Positions 18,135-28,245 of a stretch of DNA of 64,000 nt are shown piece by piece. The stretch lies in the NCBI GenBank assembly GCA_965197745.1, contig CBDANS010000007.1, forward strand, positions 242,985 to 306,984. The letters run 5' to 3'. Under the pieces are notes generated by a model. The model was not told the DNA's origin and did no database searches. It was given only the letters and a program-made list of their open reading frames with translations. The DNA is from Opitutales bacterium (GTDB lineage Bacteria; Verrucomicrobiota; Verrucomicrobiia; Opitutales; PNEW01). The stretch's first letter is position 1. Every line of letters begins with the position of its first letter. Position numbers and translations under genes: made by a program.

Positions 18135-19086
18135 ATGTGTTCGCCAAGTCCTTCCATAAACTTTTTTGACGTTCATTGGCGGTGGATGGCAATTGTATTC
18201 TAATGACCGCATAGAGGTCACCGCGTTTCCCTTTGGCCTTCAGTAAACCAAGACTTTTAAGTCGAAATTTACGACCGTTTTCACAACCGGGAGGGACTTT
18301 AATAGCAACGCGTTGCTTGAGAGCAGGTATTTTAACAGTCGTCCCGAGAACCGCATCCCAGGGTGGAATTTCCAGATCATAATACAAGTCTGCTTCTTTA
18401 ACCGTAAAGTCGGGATGTTTGGCAAAGAGAACACGGAGTAGAATATCACCTGCCTGCCCATCCGCAGATCCTGTCCGACCTTTGCCGGCCAGACGAATAA
18501 GTTTACCTTCATGGACACCTTCAGGAATCTTGACGCGATAAGTTTCAGCTTTTTTTCCAGGCTCCCGACGCATGCTAACTTCTCTCACCGATCCGCTATT
18601 TACCTCCTCGAGGGTTACCATGATATCCGCTTTGATAACACTACCCCGTGTCGCTTTTTTATTACGGGTGAAACCGCTCGGGTCCGTGAATCCACTTTTT
18701 CGATTTCTCCCGCCCATTTCGCCGGAAGAGGATCCACCCCCAAAGAAAGCCTCGAAGAAATCACTGAATCCAGTGCCCCCAAATCGATATTCAAAACCGC
18801 CCTTTGGCCCACCTGATCCACGATTCCAACCCGGGGGAGGGCGAAATTCAGCTCCATGCTCCCAATTTGGACCTAGAGCATCATACTTTTTACGTTTTTG
18901 AGGGTCGCTTAATACCTCATATGCTTCATTGATTTGCTTAAATTTTTCTTCGGACTTTGATTTATTCTTCGCATGGTCAGGGTGATACTGGCGGGCCAGT
19001 TTTCGAAAAGCCTTTTTTATGGCCTCCTGGCTGGCCTCCTTAGCTATTCCCAAGGTATCGTAGTAGTCTTTAAATTTAATGGCCAT
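18127..19086 (-). CDS. cbpA: DnaJ-domain co-chaperone, CbpA-like (J domain, G/F-rich region and C-terminal domains; no zinc finger)
   Basis: [35 protein letters not shown] (HPD motif), a G/F-rich linker, and no CxxCxGxG repeats. Confidence 0.85.
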   Translation of the reverse strand: MAIKFKDYYDTLGIAKEASQEAIKKAFRKLARQYHPDHAKNKSKSEEKFKQINEAYEVLSDPQKRKKYDALGPNWEHGAEFRPPPGWNRGSGGPKGGFEYRFGGTGFSDFFEAFFGGGSSSGEMGGRNRKSGFTDPSGFTRNKKATRGSVIKADIMVTLEEVNSGSVREVSMRREPGKKAETYRVKIPEGVHEGKLIRLAGKGRTGSADGQAGDILLRVLFAKHPDFTVKEADLYYDLEIPPWDAVLGTTVKIPALKQRVAIKVPPGCENGRKFRLKSLGLLKAKGKRGDLYAVIRIQLPSTANERQKSLWKDLANTYE

Positions 19087-19307
19087 ATTTTCTGATACTG
19101 CCTATTACGCGGTTTCTTTACCTGAAATTTGAACTATATCAGCTTATATTACTTAATATACGATCTTTTTTCAAATATCATTCCTGAGGTGATCGGTGAT
19201 AATATTTCGAGCGACCGATCTCATAAAGAGAAAACTGTTGAAAGGTATGCTCTATCCATGTAGACGGCAGTTAAATATAAATATATTTCACTCTATATAC
19301 CGAAGTC

Positions 19308-20315
19308 ATGAATGCTAATGAAAAACCTGTCATCCTGACCTGCATGCGCGCATCAGGTCAGCTGCACCTGGGTAATTACCTGGGGGCTTTAAAAAACTGG
19401 ATCGCATTGATGGATGGCTATGAGAATTATTTCGGTATAGTAGATATGCATGCAATTACTGATAGGTATCTTCCCGCAGAATTGCGCCAGGATACTACTA
19501 GTCTATTGGCGCAGTATATTGCCTGTGGGTTAGATCCAGAGAATTGTCATTTCTTTTTACAATCTCATGTTATCGGACACACCGAACTGGCCTGGGTGCT
19601 CGGTTGTCTAACACCCGTAGGACAACTGGAAAGAATGACTCAATATAAAGAATTAGCAAAAAAACAGCGGACCAACGTTAACGCCGGGCTCCTTTATTAC
19701 CCCGTCCTAATGGCCGCTGATATTTTACTTTATAATGCCGATCTCGTTCCTGTTGGGGAAGATCAGAAGCAACATGTTGAACTCTGCCGCGACATCGCGC
19801 AGAAATTCAACAGTACATACTCTGAGACATTTAAGGTCCCCGATGTCAATCTTCCAAAGATAGGAGCTAGAATCATGTCACTTCAATATCCAACTAATAA
19901 AATGTCTAAATCAGATGAAAATACCAATGGGACACTTTTTCTTCTTGATCCACCCAAAGTACTACGAAAAAAAATTATGAGTGCGGTGACCGATTCAGGT
20001 AGCGATGTTGTGGCCCATAAGGATAAACCTGGAATTACAAACCTTCTCATTATTCTCAGTGCCGTCACTAATACACCCCAGGCTGATCTTGAGAATCAAT
20101 TTTCAGGTAAAGGGTATGCTGAGTTAAAAGCCGCGGTAGCAGATGCGGTAGTCGAGCTTGTGGAACCGATTCAAGAAAAATATAAATTAATAATAAATGA
20201 TAAGGAGTTTCTCAGTGCCACATTGAGGGAGGGAGCTGAAAAAGCGCAGAGGCGCGCTAACAAAGTGCTGAGCAAAGTGTATCGCAAAGTCGGATTTGTT
20301 GAAAAAGTTCGCTGA
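19308..20315 (+). CDS. trpS: Tryptophan--tRNA ligase
   Basis: 335 aa. HIGH-like SGQLHLGNYLGA, KMSKS motif (NKMSKSDEN), and the length fit bacterial TrpRS. Confidence 0.93.
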   Translation: MNANEKPVILTCMRASGQLHLGNYLGALKNWIALMDGYENYFGIVDMHAITDRYLPAELRQDTTSLLAQYIACGLDPENCHFFLQSHVIGHTELAWVLGCLTPVGQLERMTQYKELAKKQRTNVNAGLLYYPVLMAADILLYNADLVPVGEDQKQHVELCRDIAQKFNSTYSETFKVPDVNLPKIGARIMSLQYPTNKMSKSDENTNGTLFLLDPPKVLRKKIMSAVTDSGSDVVAHKDKPGITNLLIILSAVTNTPQADLENQFSGKGYAELKAAVADAVVELVEPIQEKYKLIINDKEFLSATLREGAEKAQRRANKVLSKVYRKVGFVEKVR

Positions 20316-20436
20316 ATATAATCAACCTGTAATCGCCACTAAAAAGATTGGTGTATTTTATTATTGAGATTAATTTGAATAGTATTTTATAATTGAAGCT
20401 GGATGCATTTCTAAAGGAGGAATATTCAATACATCG

Positions 20437-21495
20437 GTGAACGAAAATACGCACCTCCGTTTAACGAAGTGGCCTTTTTATACAGGCGATGCGCTCTTAG
20501 TTTTTCTCGCGATTCTAATCGTAATTTTTTCCGATAAACCTCTGGGTTCAACGGCCATATCATGGTGCGTCATCAGTATTACTTTCGGAGCGCTGCTTTT
20601 TATCGCGCCTTTTGTTTTGGAATACTTAAACGCACTTCGCGTGGCCAAAAACCAGCTCCAGGAGACTGTAGAGGCGCAACACCAAAGCCTGACTGCGGTG
20701 CTGCATGAGCTGAATAATTACAGCAAAACACTATCTGATCTTGCTCAGAAATCGGCGAATTCATCTGAAAAGATTGATAATCTCGGGCCTGAATTGCAAA
20801 GTCTGCTGAACGAGACCGGTCTAAAGCTGAAGGAACTTATCGACGACGCCCAGTCAGCATCTTCCCGGATCAAGTCTCAGGGAGATGACTTTAATCAACG
20901 TATGGAATCACTCGAGAATTCGGTTAAAGAAGTATCGACATATTTAACAGCTCAGATCGTGAATGATGATGAGAATGAGAAGGCTGCTCGTGGACAGAAA
21001 AAGGGGCCAAAGACGAAGAACCCGACCAGCAAGCAGGATCCATCAATCACCAATCCGGAAGAAGAGACAGAGGTGATTACGGTGGACACGGCAGCCGCTG
21101 ATGAAGCAGACTCTATCTTTAGTGAGTCTGTTGAGCCCGAAAGTAATGGCGAAAGGCTGAATCAATCAAGTGATGCGGAAGATGAGAGCGCAAAAATAAA
21201 AGGAGTAACAATTTCGTCTGCGGAGGACGCTGAATCAATTGCACTTATAGCCCACCTTAATATCAGCATAGACAGCACCCCCTATGTTCGTGGTGAGGGA
21301 GCCGGGTTGAAATGGGATGAGGGGATACCGATGGATTTCATAGAAATCGGTAAATGGGAGTGGGTAGTGAATAATGCAAACGAAACAGCGTCCTGTCGGA
21401 TTTTTAAAGATGACACTATAGCCGCCCGGGGCGACGATATCATTATCAACATCGGTGAGCGGGCAGAAGTATATCCAGAATTTCCAGAGGAGTAG
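20437..21495 (+). CDS. Hypothetical membrane-anchored coiled-coil protein with an acidic linker and a C-terminal beta-rich domain
   Basis: 352 aa. Two N-terminal hydrophobic helices, a Q/E/L-rich coiled-coil region, and an acidic Ser/Glu/Asp stretch. GTG start. An AGGAGG at 20416-20421 lies 15 nt upstream, so the start is uncertain. Confidence 0.45.
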   Translation: [352 protein letters not shown]

Positions 21496-21558
21496 AATCT
21501 GAATGCCGTTTGCTTCTACACACCGATCGTGCTTGTGGTTATAGGACTTAATATAGCT

Positions 21559-22307
21559 CTATAATCCTGAACCCGATGTGTTATCGGGATCGTATATAAA
21601 GCCTACCCCGTGTATGGTACGGAATCCTTCCAGCGTATGGTCATTACGGGAATAACATTCGCGGATTTTGACAATATACTGATCAAGTGATCGACTGCGC
21701 ACATCGGCGTGAATACCCCAGACAGCGTGTATTAAACTTCGACGTGTTAGGACGGTACCTATATTTGAAGCTAAATAGGTAAGTATTCCTAATTCCTTGC
21801 GCCCTATCTTTTCGATCTTGCCATTGGGAAAAGCGATTTCAAGACGAACAGGATTAACATCGACATCACAAAACTGGAAAGTTTCCTGTGAGAGTGCCGC
21901 GTTTTTTGTAATATGGAAATCATGGGCTGTCTCAGCGCGACGCAGGACAGCATGGATGCGCGCGATAAGCTCGGGAAAACTGAATGGCTTGGTAATATAA
22001 TCATCGCCCCCCATGTCCAGCCCCTTTACCCGGTGGACCTCAGAATCATTGCCTGTTAAAAAATAACAGGGACTTGAATATTATTCTTCTTGAGCTCATC
22101 GAGGAGGGTAAATCCACTGGTGTCGGGTAAATTTACGTCCAGCAGGAGCAGATTCGCGAAATTCTGTTTGAGGAACCGCATGACATTTGAAGAGCGATGA
22201 TACACCTGAGTCATCATCCCAGCAGCTTCCAGCTGTTCGGAGATTAAAGCAGCCAGTTCCTTTTCGTCTTCGACAATTAGAATAAGTGGTTTTGGATTGG
22301 TGGCCAT
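21559..22307 (-). pseudogene. OmpR/PhoB-family response regulator split by a -1 frameshift in a homopolymer
   Basis: The receiver half (22056-22307) ends ...NIQVPVIF*. The remainder (21559-22014) contains [10 protein letters not shown] and a winged-helix domain. Reading through with one extra T in the T6 run (plus-strand A6 at 22058-22063) gives the continuous sequence [31 protein letters not shown]. Confidence 0.85.
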
Positions 22308-22473
22308 AACAGCAGCGTTATGTTTTTATGCTCTCTTGGATTTAAAATACCCTTACAATATCCCAAATTTATTATGATATCTTTCTAGATATATATAAAA
22401 ATACTCCTATATTTACAATTTTTTTATTTAATTTTCTGAATAATCCAACAATCAATGGAATAAGAATAAGCTT

Positions 22474-23394
22474 GTGTGCGACGAGACCAAGCGTCATCTA
22501 GACTGTATTGTGTCAGAAAATAAATCATTGCTAATGCTGGGGCTCCCGAAAGGTAGCTTAGAGGAAGCTACAATCAAGCTATTTGCCAAAGCAGGTTGGA
22601 AGATTCAACAGCACGCTCGATCCTATATACCTATTATCGACGATACCGAAGTCGAAGGCCGATTTATTCGTGCTCAGGAGGTCAGTCGCTACGTTGAACA
22701 TGGATTTTTTGATGCCGGGCTGACGGGACATGACTGGATATTGGAAAATGAGTCTGATGTGATTGAGGTCTGTAGCTTGGTCTACAGCCGGTCATCTAAT
22801 GTCAAGTCACGCTATGTCCTCGCTGTTCAGGAGTCATCGTCAATAAAGACAGTTAAGGATTTGCAGGGTAAACGGATCGCGGCAGAAGTGGTTAATCTTA
22901 CCCGGCAATATTTAGAGGATCAGGGAGTTGAAGCGGAGGTGGAGTTTTCCTGGGGGGCTACCGAAGTGAAAGTTCCCGATCTCGTGGACGCTATTGTTGA
23001 TATTACCGAAACGGGAAGCTCTCTTCGTGCCAATGATTTAAGGATTATCGATACGATTTTCTGGACGGATATAAAGTTTATTGCCAACAAGGAAAGTTGG
23101 AAAGACGCGGATAAACGTCAAAAGATAGAAAACATGGCCATGCTTTTGCAAAGTGCTCTCGATGCGGAAAACAAGGTAGGGCTGAAGCTTAACGCGCCTA
23201 AAGATAAGTCTGAAATAATAATAAAAGAACTCCCCTCCCTGCGAAATCCAACGATTTCTCAACTGAGCAAAACCGATTGGATTGCCATTGAAACGGTTCT
23301 TGATGAATCGATCGTGCGTGAAATTATACCCCTGCTTAAAGCGCACGGCGCTGAAGGTATAATCGAGTATCCACTTAATAAGGTCGTCTATTAA
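22474..23394 (+). CDS. hisG: ATP phosphoribosyltransferase (long form)
   Basis: [22 protein letters not shown] and [20 protein letters not shown] (HisG signature). The start is uncertain: GTG 22474 or ATG 22534. Confidence 0.85.
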   Translation: MCDETKRHLDCIVSENKSLLMLGLPKGSLEEATIKLFAKAGWKIQQHARSYIPIIDDTEVEGRFIRAQEVSRYVEHGFFDAGLTGHDWILENESDVIEVCSLVYSRSSNVKSRYVLAVQESSSIKTVKDLQGKRIAAEVVNLTRQYLEDQGVEAEVEFSWGATEVKVPDLVDAIVDITETGSSLRANDLRIIDTIFWTDIKFIANKESWKDADKRQKIENMAMLLQSALDAENKVGLKLNAPKDKSEIIIKELPSLRNPTISQLSKTDWIAIETVLDESIVREIIPLLKAHGAEGIIEYPLNKVVY

Positions 23395-23523
23395 TACGCT
23401 GGAATGAATAATTACAGCACTATACCGACAACTCCGGGACGGGCAATTCGGGATCACAATCCCTTCGCAGGTTAGCACTTTTTTGACTTGCGCAAGTGAA
23501 TAGATCTATGTCAACATGTTCGT

Positions 23524-23659
23524 TTCCCTCCAGTGTGGAGGGAAGCTTTACTATCCTTACAGACCATTAAGATTCTACTTTGAACTTTGACCTCAACGTT
23601 TAATTAAACCTCAACCTTTCAACTTTTACAGAAATCCAAATGGAGTCCTATTTGGATTT
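23524..23659 (+). promoter_or_regulatory. Structured rpsA leader: two perfect hairpins upstream of an SD-less start
   Basis: Hairpin 1 is ttccctcca-gtg-tggagggaa (23524-23544, 9-bp stem). Hairpin 2 is aaatccaaat-ggagtcct-atttggattt (23632-23659, 10-bp stem) followed by T-rich sequence. No clear SD precedes ATG 23677. Confidence 0.35.
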
Positions 23660-23676
23660 TCTGAGATCATTCGATT

Positions 23677-25341
23677 ATGAGTTCCTCCATCATGGAAGAT
23701 CTGCTGGCTGAGAGCCAGTTTGAGTTGCTTAAAGAAGGCGCCATTATTCCCGGGACGATTACAGAAATCCGTGAAAATGAGGTGGTCATTGATATTGGGG
23801 CTAAAGCCGAGGGGACGATATCCGCATCGGAGTTTGTCGATGTTGGAGAGCTCCAGATCGGTTCTCAGATTGAAGTTTATGTCGAAAAACTGGAAGATCG
23901 TGATGGCAATCCCATCCTTTCCTACGACAAAGCTGAACAAAAGAAAAACTGGGAGAATATCCTTTCTAAATGTGAAGAGGGGACGGTTGTATCCGGGCGC
24001 GTGAAGAGTAAGGTCAAAGGGGGTCTCATCGTTAATATCGGTGTCGATTCTTTTCTCCCCGCCTCTCAAATTGATATTCAACCGCCCAAAAATCTCGATC
24101 AATATGTAGGTCAGACCTATGACTTTAAAGTTCTTAAGATCAATCAGGAACGTCGCAATATCGTAGTTTCTCGCCGCGAGCTTATTGAAGAACAGCGCCT
24201 GATGAAACGTCGTCAGCTTCTCGACAATGTAAAGCCGGGTGATGTTCGCCAGGGAATTGTAAAAAATATCACCGATTACGGTGCCTTCATTGACCTTGAT
24301 GGTCTTGATGGTCTCCTGCACATCACCGATATGAGCTGGGGCCGTATATCGCACCCCAGCGAAATGCTTAAGATGGGCGAAGAGGTCAATGTGATGATTA
24401 TTGAGGTAGACCGCAATCGAGAGCGTGTTTCACTTGGATTAAAGCAAACCACTTCAAACCCATGGGAGGGCATTGATACCCGCTTTCCAATTGGCTCCAA
24501 AGTACACGGGAAAATTGTTAATCTCGTGCCTTATGGTGCCTTTATTGAACTGCAAAGGGGTGTCGAAGGCCTGGTTCATATAACCGAGCTGTCTTGGACG
24601 AAACGTATCAATAAGCCCAGTGAAGTTCTAAAAGTGGGGGATGAAATTGATTCTGTGGTTCTCGCTATTCAAAAAGATGAACAGAAAATATCTTTAAGTG
24701 TACGTCAGCTCGATCCTAATCCCTGGGATATGGTCAAGCATAACTATCCTGCCGGCGCGCGTGTGCGTGGTAATGTGCGCAATCTAACAAACTATGGCGC
24801 ATTTATTGAACTCGAGGAAGGAATTGACGGGATGATTCATGTCTCCGATATGTCCTGGACCCGTAAAGTGAATCATCCCAGTGAATTCGTAAAAAAAGGG
24901 GATGAAGTTGATGCTATTGTCCTGGATGTGGATTCTGATAACCAGCGTATTTCACTTGGGATGAAACAACTCTCGGCAGATCCCTGGAGTGAAATCGATC
25001 AACTCTTTAAAATTGGTGATGTCGTAAATGGTAATGTTACTAAGGTCACGACCTATGGCGCTTTTGTGGATCTGGGAAATGGCATTGATGGTCTGGTCCA
25101 TATAAGTCAAGTCAGCGAGGATCATATTGAGAAAATAAAAGATGTCCTTAAAAACGGCCAGGAGGTCACCTCACGTGTTATCAAGATCGATCTCGAAGAG
25201 CGACGCATCGGCTTAAGTATCAAAGCCGCAAATTACGATGCGGAACAACTCGCTGCCGAAACTGCTGCCTACGAAAATATCAAAAACGACGATTTGACAA
25301 GTCTGGGTGACATCCTTGATGAGGCCACCAAAATAGACTGA
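23677..25341 (+). CDS. rpsA: 30S ribosomal protein S1
   Basis: 554 aa with six S1 (OB-fold) repeats, showing recurrent G..V.G.V......GAF(I/V)(D/E)L..G(I/V)(D/E)GL(V/L)HI(S/T) patterns. Confidence 0.95.
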   Translation: MSSSIMEDLLAESQFELLKEGAIIPGTITEIRENEVVIDIGAKAEGTISASEFVDVGELQIGSQIEVYVEKLEDRDGNPILSYDKAEQKKNWENILSKCEEGTVVSGRVKSKVKGGLIVNIGVDSFLPASQIDIQPPKNLDQYVGQTYDFKVLKINQERRNIVVSRRELIEEQRLMKRRQLLDNVKPGDVRQGIVKNITDYGAFIDLDGLDGLLHITDMSWGRISHPSEMLKMGEEVNVMIIEVDRNRERVSLGLKQTTSNPWEGIDTRFPIGSKVHGKIVNLVPYGAFIELQRGVEGLVHITELSWTKRINKPSEVLKVGDEIDSVVLAIQKDEQKISLSVRQLDPNPWDMVKHNYPAGARVRGNVRNLTNYGAFIELEEGIDGMIHVSDMSWTRKVNHPSEFVKKGDEVDAIVLDVDSDNQRISLGMKQLSADPWSEIDQLFKIGDVVNGNVTKVTTYGAFVDLGNGIDGLVHISQVSEDHIEKIKDVLKNGQEVTSRVIKIDLEERRIGLSIKAANYDAEQLAAETAAYENIKNDDLTSLGDILDEATKID

Positions 25342-25435
25342 TTTATTCATTGATAAATCATTTGAGGCAGAAGTTATACGCATATCAGCGTGTAATGATA
25401 GGCACTTAAAATGATCGGCTATTTAATAGTAAATA

Positions 25436-26941
25436 ATGCATAAGAGTCGTTTGTTTATTGCCTGCATTATTTCTCTTGTAACGACATCGTTTGGATTTAT
25501 CGTTCGCGCATTTTTACTGACTGATTGGGGCGTTAAATTTAATCTCTCCGAATCACAATTGGGTTCTATCCAAGGAGCAGGACTGTATCCCTTTGCGCTG
25601 AGCATCATTTTATTCAGTTTGATTATCGATAATTTGGGCTATGGGAGAACCATGGCGATCGCTTGGATTTTCCATGTGGTATCAGCGGTCATCACGATCA
25701 CAGCGAACAGTTATGTCGCACTTTACCTGGGGACTTTTATGTTCGCGCTCGCCAATGGGGCAATTGAAGCGGTGATTAACCCTGTTACGGCTACTCTTTA
25801 TCCCCGAAATAAAACGCATTACCTGAATATTCTCCACGCAGGATGGCCAGGTGGATTAGTCCTGGGTGGCATCATCGCCATTGCCATGAGCGGTATTAAA
25901 GTAGAATGGGCCTGGCGTTTGCAAATTGGGCTCTTCCTTATCCCCACATTTATATATGGTATTCTTTTTTTCAGGCAAAAATTTCCTATTCAGGAGCGAG
26001 TTACGGCTGGGGTCAGTTATAAAGCCATGCTTTCCGAATTTGGATGGATAGGATGCTTCATCAGTTGCCTTTTAATGGTCTATGCCTTTGACGAAGTATT
26101 GCGGGTTTTTCACCTGAATATAAATCTTTTGTGGAAGGCACTGTTAACGATTATTCCCACGGCCATTTTCATCATTAAAATTAAAAGCCCGGGTCGGCCG
26201 GTATTTGTTTTTCTTATGTTTATCATGATTCTTGGTGCTACCACCGAAGTGGGAACTGATAGTTGGATAGCGTCCCTTCTGACCCCAATACTCTCCGACC
26301 TGAGCCAGAATGCGGGGAATTGGGTCCTTGTTTATACTTCTCTTATAATGTTCATCCTCAGATTTTTTGCCGGGCCCATTGTCCATCGAATATCCCCTCT
26401 GGGGCTTCTTGCCGTGTGTGCCGCTATTGCCTGTATCGGACTCTTTTGGTTGTCCGCGGCCACATCTGCCTTTATCATTTTTCTGGCTGCGTCATTTTAT
26501 GGTGTCGGAAAGACCTTTTTCTGGCCAACCATGTTAGGGGTTGTCTCAGAGCAATTTCCAAAGGGTGGGGCGCTTACCCTCAACGCCATCGCTGGAGTGG
26601 GCATGTTAGCCGTTGGGGTTATCGGTAACCCGATTCTTGGCACCATTCAGGACAAATATCTGGATGCGCATCTCTCTGAGCAAAATTCAGCGCTCCATTC
26701 TAAAATTACTAAAGACGAACAAACGAAATATGGAGTCACTTATCGGCCGCTGGATAAAGTTAAGATCGGCCAATTAACGGATGAAGATAAAATCGAAGTA
26801 GAGAGAATACGGAAAGATAATAATCTAAGCACTTTAGCTAAAGTTGCTTTCTTACCGCTTGTTATGTTTTTCTGCTATCTCAGTTTAGTTCTCTATTACC
26901 GGAAAGCAGGTGGATATCAGGTCGTAGCCTTGGGGAATTAA
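25436..26941 (+). CDS. MFS-type membrane transporter, substrate unknown
   Basis: 501 aa, about 12 hydrophobic helices, plus a C-terminal hydrophilic insert and a final TM helix. Confidence 0.65.
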   Translation: MHKSRLFIACIISLVTTSFGFIVRAFLLTDWGVKFNLSESQLGSIQGAGLYPFALSIILFSLIIDNLGYGRTMAIAWIFHVVSAVITITANSYVALYLGTFMFALANGAIEAVINPVTATLYPRNKTHYLNILHAGWPGGLVLGGIIAIAMSGIKVEWAWRLQIGLFLIPTFIYGILFFRQKFPIQERVTAGVSYKAMLSEFGWIGCFISCLLMVYAFDEVLRVFHLNINLLWKALLTIIPTAIFIIKIKSPGRPVFVFLMFIMILGATTEVGTDSWIASLLTPILSDLSQNAGNWVLVYTSLIMFILRFFAGPIVHRISPLGLLAVCAAIACIGLFWLSAATSAFIIFLAASFYGVGKTFFWPTMLGVVSEQFPKGGALTLNAIAGVGMLAVGVIGNPILGTIQDKYLDAHLSEQNSALHSKITKDEQTKYGVTYRPLDKVKIGQLTDEDKIEVERIRKDNNLSTLAKVAFLPLVMFFCYLSLVLYYRKAGGYQVVALGN

Positions 26942-26995
26942 CTTTTGGCATATTAGCGACGGTGAGAAAATATAGTAACAGATAGCTATTTATTT

Positions 26996-28021
26996 CTACT
27001 CATCCCCGTTTTTTTCTTCGATCTTTGACTGGAAAAACTCTTGAAGCACTTCCATGCGTTGTTGTTTTAACTGTTCTTCGCGAATTTCTTCAGCATTGCG
27101 TTGTCGCTCATTTTTGGTTAACGATTTTCTCATCTTAGACAGCGCCATATTTTGAAGCTGACGGACTCGCTCACGTGTAATATTGAATACCAGGCCCACT
27201 TCTTCCAAGGTCATTGGTTTTTCATTATCCAACCCGAAACGCATGCGTATAATATTTGCTTCACGTTCGTTCAGTTGAAGTAACATCTTGTTGATGTCAT
27301 TGATAAGCGACTTGTTGCGGAGGTTTTCGAAGGGATTAATGGCATTCTCATCGCCAACTAAATCCCCAAATTCAGTACTTTTATCATCACCTACCGGTGC
27401 ATCCAGTGATGTGGGTCTTACACTTACTGATTTTAAATGGGCAATCTTGTTGGCAGGCATTCCCATTTCCATTGCCAGTTCATCATCGGTTGGCTCCCGA
27501 CCAAACTCTTCAACAAGTTCAAGTGTTAGTTTCCTCATTTTCGCGATCTTGTCTACGAGGTGGACGGGTAAACGTATGGTCTTACTCTGATTAGCCAATG
27601 CACGTTTAATCGACTGTTTTATCCACCATGCAGCATAGGTGCTGAGTTTGCCCCCCTTGTCAGGGTCAAAACGTTCAACGGATTTGATCAAACCGATGTT
27701 GCCTTCGCTTATCAGATCCAAAAGGGGAAGACCAAAATTCGAATAATCGTGAGCGATCTTAACTACTAATCTCAGGTTTGCCTGGATCATCTTTTTACGT
27801 GCTTCAGCATCGCCTTTTTGAATACGACGCGCGAGGGCAACTTCTTCCTTGGGCTTTAAAAGGGGGACTTTGCCGATTTCCTGTAAATAAAGTTTAATCG
27901 CGCTATGGTCAGAAGCCTGAAGATCATTCTTCTCCTTCGGCTTATCTGAGCTCGCGTCCGGTTGCCTCAAGACTTCAATAGCTCTGTCTTCAGATTGTAA
28001 CTTATCGGCTTTTAAACCCAT
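26996..28021 (-). CDS. RNA polymerase sigma-70 family factor (RpoD/SigA-like, groups 1-2)
   Basis: Region 2: DLISEGNIGLIKSVERFDPDKGGKLSTYAAWWIKQSIKRA. Region 3: TIRLPVH. Region 4: LNEREANIIRMRFGL...TLEEVGLVFNITRERVRQL. Confidence 0.9.
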   Translation of the reverse strand: MGLKADKLQSEDRAIEVLRQPDASSDKPKEKNDLQASDHSAIKLYLQEIGKVPLLKPKEEVALARRIQKGDAEARKKMIQANLRLVVKIAHDYSNFGLPLLDLISEGNIGLIKSVERFDPDKGGKLSTYAAWWIKQSIKRALANQSKTIRLPVHLVDKIAKMRKLTLELVEEFGREPTDDELAMEMGMPANKIAHLKSVSVRPTSLDAPVGDDKSTEFGDLVGDENAINPFENLRNKSLINDINKMLLQLNEREANIIRMRFGLDNEKPMTLEEVGLVFNITRERVRQLQNMALSKMRKSLTKNERQRNAEEIREEQLKQQRMEVLQEFFQSKIEEKNGDE

Positions 28022-28245
28022 AATACAGTTAGGACACCTGCAATTATCTTTGGTTCTTCTTAAATTCCACCCAACTCATTATAAAGCGAATCCTCTTATT
28101 ATGGCAATGGGCATATCGCTAATCGCTCAAACGCTCTAAATATTGCCTAAAATATTGAATGGTATAAACTTAAATTGATAAATACTTCCCTCCTTAAAGG
28201 GTCAGAAGGAAAATTATCACTCTATGTCAGATATCTTTTCGCTAT

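Noticed and set aside
23626-24354. A 242-aa ORF antisense to rpsA, and similar antisense ORFs in acs, secDF, trpE, the sigma factor gene and others.
   Set aside because: The sense strands encode unmistakable conserved proteins (six S1 repeats, Acs motifs and so on). The antisense products show no family features.
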